Shown here: piece by piece, positions 10,600 through 12,955 of the stretch | Position numbering within the stretch: the stretch's first letter is position 1 | How the letters are laid out: each line of letters starts with the position of its first letter | Source: Azolla caroliniana | Lineage: Eukaryota > Plantae > Polypodiophyta | NCBI GenBank assembly: GCA_043228905.1 | Contig: JBHGNT010001010.1 | Coordinates: 1 to 12,955, forward strand | Reading direction: 5' to 3' | Length of the DNA stretch: 12,955 nucleotides | The notes under the pieces: generated by a model | Told to the model about the DNA's origin: nothing | The model's database searches: none | The model's input: the letters and a program-made list of their open reading frames with translations, nothing else | Translations under genes and position numbers: made by a program

Positions 10600-11200
10600 A
10601 AATGAACATGGAGGGTATGGCGTGTTTGTGGCTAGAGTAGCGTGGGATGATTACTATATTGAACATGGTTTTGAGTATCATTCAAAGGATGACAATAGGA
10701 TAGTTACCTTCATCTAAAGATTGATCATTTGGCAATTGGTGAGGCCTTTACTAGGGTCGAAATCAAGACCCCCACTAGGATAATCATATAAATGGGAACC
10801 AAAATGTTCAAATAAAGATTAGTTTAGGAGAAGTCATAGTAGTGTCAAGGAAGGAATTAAGTGTTAGGATCTAAGACGTCAATGAAGTTCCCATTGTTTT
10901 GTAGCATATTGATTTCTATATGAGTTTACTGGGGCTAGAGTGTGGAAAGGTTGGCTAATTGAATAGGAGGGTGGGACACATCCTCTAATGATTGTTATAA
11001 AGCCAATCATTGGAAGAGGTAGAAAACAATGTTCATTGTTGTGTTTAATTGATAAGGTGTGAATCGGTGTCAAAATCAATGGATAGTGTGCGAATGATCT
11101 AAGATGTGGTGGCACCAAGGGGGGTTTATGCCTAGATTTAAATTTGTGTAATGAATTTGCCATATTGTAAAATCAACCCTTGCACTCACAAGGGATCACT
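10600..11200 (+). mobile_element. Possible degraded L1-type LINE ORF1 (DUF4283-like plus zinc knuckle)
   Basis: Weak ordered motifs: KWEPK (~10790), VYWG*SVERLAN*IG (~10925-10970; cf. YW..LxxLAxxIG), GGL..NLCNEF/CHIVKS (~11120-11180; decayed CX2CX4HX4C). Heavily decayed, boundaries approximate. Confidence 0.3.
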
Positions 11201-11609
11201 ACTATTAAAGAAAACGTTAGTGATGCAAAGTTGTCTCGCCAATTGCATCACTTTCATATTGTCATTGTGCAACACATTTAGCAATGCAAGTGGTGTGTCG
11301 TATAACACTATTTTCTCACCACAACCAAATTGATCCAAAATACATATTATTTTTTAATTATTATTATTTTTTAAACTACTTTGAAAATTATTTTAAACCA
11401 TTTAAGAATTAATTTTTCCCTGAGTTTGTATGGACGTAGCTATGCTTGCTCATTTGCTTCATAGGTGAAGGGCCATTGGATAAGGGTCTTATCTCAGAGT
11501 AGTTGGTATTCATGGATTTTATGTCTCTATGGATAATGGGGTGGTGTCACAAGCTCACCGAAATATGCAAGAGTTCTTCCTGAAACCAACACAATCATAA
11601 TTGACATAT

Positions 11610-11800
11610 TTACATGTGTGTATATTTGTACAAATATATGCTTGTATGTTTGTACGTATGTATGTATCCTTGTTTGTATTAGTGCATGTTTATAAGTAAG
11701 GATTTATGTGTGCATATCATCGTACGGATGTCCATATGTAAGTGCATTTTTGTATATATATGCCTGCATATGAAATGATATGTATGAATGTATACTTATA
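11610..11800. repeat. Degenerate (TATG/TGTA)-rich low-complexity tract
   Basis: Recurrent tatg/tgta/tata motifs, e.g. gtacgtatgtatgtat and atatgtatgaatgtatac. Confidence 0.55.
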
Positions 11801-12056
11801 TTCACCTAATCGATTATCCCAAAGGTAGTGGTTCCCAAATTATTTGATAATCTCTAGAAGAACCTGCCCAAACATTATTTACATTGAATGACTACAAGAA
11901 AAAGGTGCACGGACAAGTGTATTGAGGAGCCAAACAAGTATGCATACAACCTTCGTTAATCTACTATGAAGAGAGTCTTCAGCAGATGAAAGAAAGCATG
12001 GAAGCCAATTACAGCAATATTGGCAACCCTTCCACATACAACCAATAAAATGCTGA

Positions 12057-12114
12057 CAATTCCCCATTTTGTGCACCAATTCCCCATATAAGTGCACCAA
12101 TTCCCCATTTTGTC
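12057..12114. repeat. Tandem repeat, ~2.8 copies of a 20-21 bp unit (caattccccat...gtgcac)
   Basis: caattccccattttgtgcac / caattccccatataagtgcac / caattccccattttgtc. Confidence 0.9.
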
Positions 12115-12313
12115 AATATGCAGTGCTGCACATGCTTCTCTATAGAGGAGAAAATAAAGGAAGTAGATAAACATCGAGCATCCTTGATGATATTAGTAAG
12201 AGCATGCCAAACATGATAAACTCAGTTTGATACATATTACATACACCACGAACTAGTAATGACGGACACTGAAGACATTAAGCTTCAAAAGAAAAAGGTA
12301 ATATGTTTTGGAG

Positions 12314-12379
12314 AAACTATTGATGTACCTGTGGAGAACTCAGGATAAACTATTGATGTACCTGTGGAGAACTCAGGAT
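12314..12379. repeat. Perfect 33-bp tandem duplication
   Basis: aaactattgatgtacctgtggagaactcaggat at 12314-12346 and again at 12347-12379. Confidence 0.95.
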
Positions 12380-12489
12380 ATGTGGGAAAAAAAACCCTGA
12401 AGAAGCTGGCTCAGTAGCTGATTTCCTTCCTCCCCCCATAATACAATTTACAACTGCAGATACAAGCTCAGATGGACTGCTTGGTTCAA

Positions 12490-12680
12490 CTGATCTCTGC
12501 CAACAACAAGACCTTTGAATCTTTGAGATACCTTGAAACCAACAATGTCCACGAAATTATGTCACAACATACAAGATTGTCAAAGACAAGGGCTATCAAT
12601 AGAGTAGACTCCTCTCTCTCCAGTACACCTGCCTGCATTCCATGAAATGCCAAAAGGCCGTGCAACCTAAAACCTTTAAC
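12490..12680 (-). pseudogene. PLS-class pentatricopeptide-repeat (PPR) gene fragment
   Basis: GFRLHGLLAFHGMQAGV...ALVFDNLVCCDIISWTLLVSRY resembles plant PLS PPR GxxLHxxxxxxG...AxxVFDxMxxRDVVSWTxMIxGY, with the LIDMYxKCG segment missing. No long ORF. Confidence 0.5.
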
Positions 12681-12789
12681 AAACAAGTAGGAAATGATAA
12701 GCTAATTAAATTTTCTTAGTAACATAGTAATGGCAAATGAACTATGAATCTCATCTATCTATCTGGAAATGTAGATCCAAATCATGACT

Positions 12790-12814
12790 TCAAACCATTG
12801 GCATTTTCAGCATC
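12790..12814 (-). CDS. Putative terminal coding exon of the right gene ((W)MLKMPMV*)
   Basis: Follows a T-rich 65-nt GT..AG intron (12879-12815; gtataa...ttttccttctttcttc...caacag). Phase-2 junction TG|G gives W; stop TGA at 12792-12790. Confidence 0.55.
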
Positions 12815-12879
12815 CTGTTGAGTATCCATAGAAGAAAGAAGGAAAACAAAAAGTTATTAAATCATGGCAGAGATTATAC

Positions 12880-12955
12880 CAAATTGATAATGGAGCATCG
12901 ATCATCCTAGCATTAGGATCGCGTCTATGATATTCACAAATCTGCACCAACTCAT
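12880..12955 (-). CDS. Putative penultimate coding exon (partial) of an unidentified gene (ELVQICEYHRRDPNARMIDAPLSI(W))
   Basis: Open frame from the window end to the donor TG|gtataa at 12880/12879. Protein-like composition; family not recognised. Confidence 0.55.

Noticed and set aside
12057-12114. Short direct repeats as a CRISPR-like array
   Set aside because: Units are head-to-tail with no unique spacers, the context is eukaryotic and there are no cas genes. The same applies to the 41-bp and 33-bp repeats.
1-12955. A novel multi-gene system or operon
   Set aside because: There are no intact long ORFs, and the content is explained by decayed TEs, simple repeats and two gene ends.

Overview
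AT-rich eukaryotic nuclear DNA that looks like a land plant; a fern or other non-angiosperm is my guess only. There is no intact long ORF, and most ORFs in the supplied track are chance frames or antisense to decayed transposon genes. The window is an ~11 kb intergenic 'TE graveyard' between two minus-strand genes. Left: a promoter, 5' leader and N-terminus of an unidentified gene (TATA ~590, CT-rich leader, telo-boxes, one reading frame broken by two stops). Right: the last two coding exons of another unidentified gene (...ELVQICEYHRRDPNARMIDAPLSIW/MLKMPMV*), followed by decayed PLS-type PPR-like sequence. Recognisable relics in between: an RTE-like LINE reverse transcriptase (~3530-4800, -), a tRNA-like SINE with a (TAGA)n tail (~3368-3510, -), a Ty1/copia gag-protease-preintegrase relic (~5150-6380, -), a separate copia RNase H relic (~9225-9540, -) and a possible L1-type ORF1 relic (~10600-11200, +). 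There are also micro- and minisatellites. I see no convincing new multi-gene system. The most interesting signals are the possibly exonised PPR relic behind the right gene, a duplicated splice-site motif, the in-frame uORF/stop-interrupted leader of the left gene and a CpG-retaining island. All family calls come from motif recognition by eye; no searches were run.
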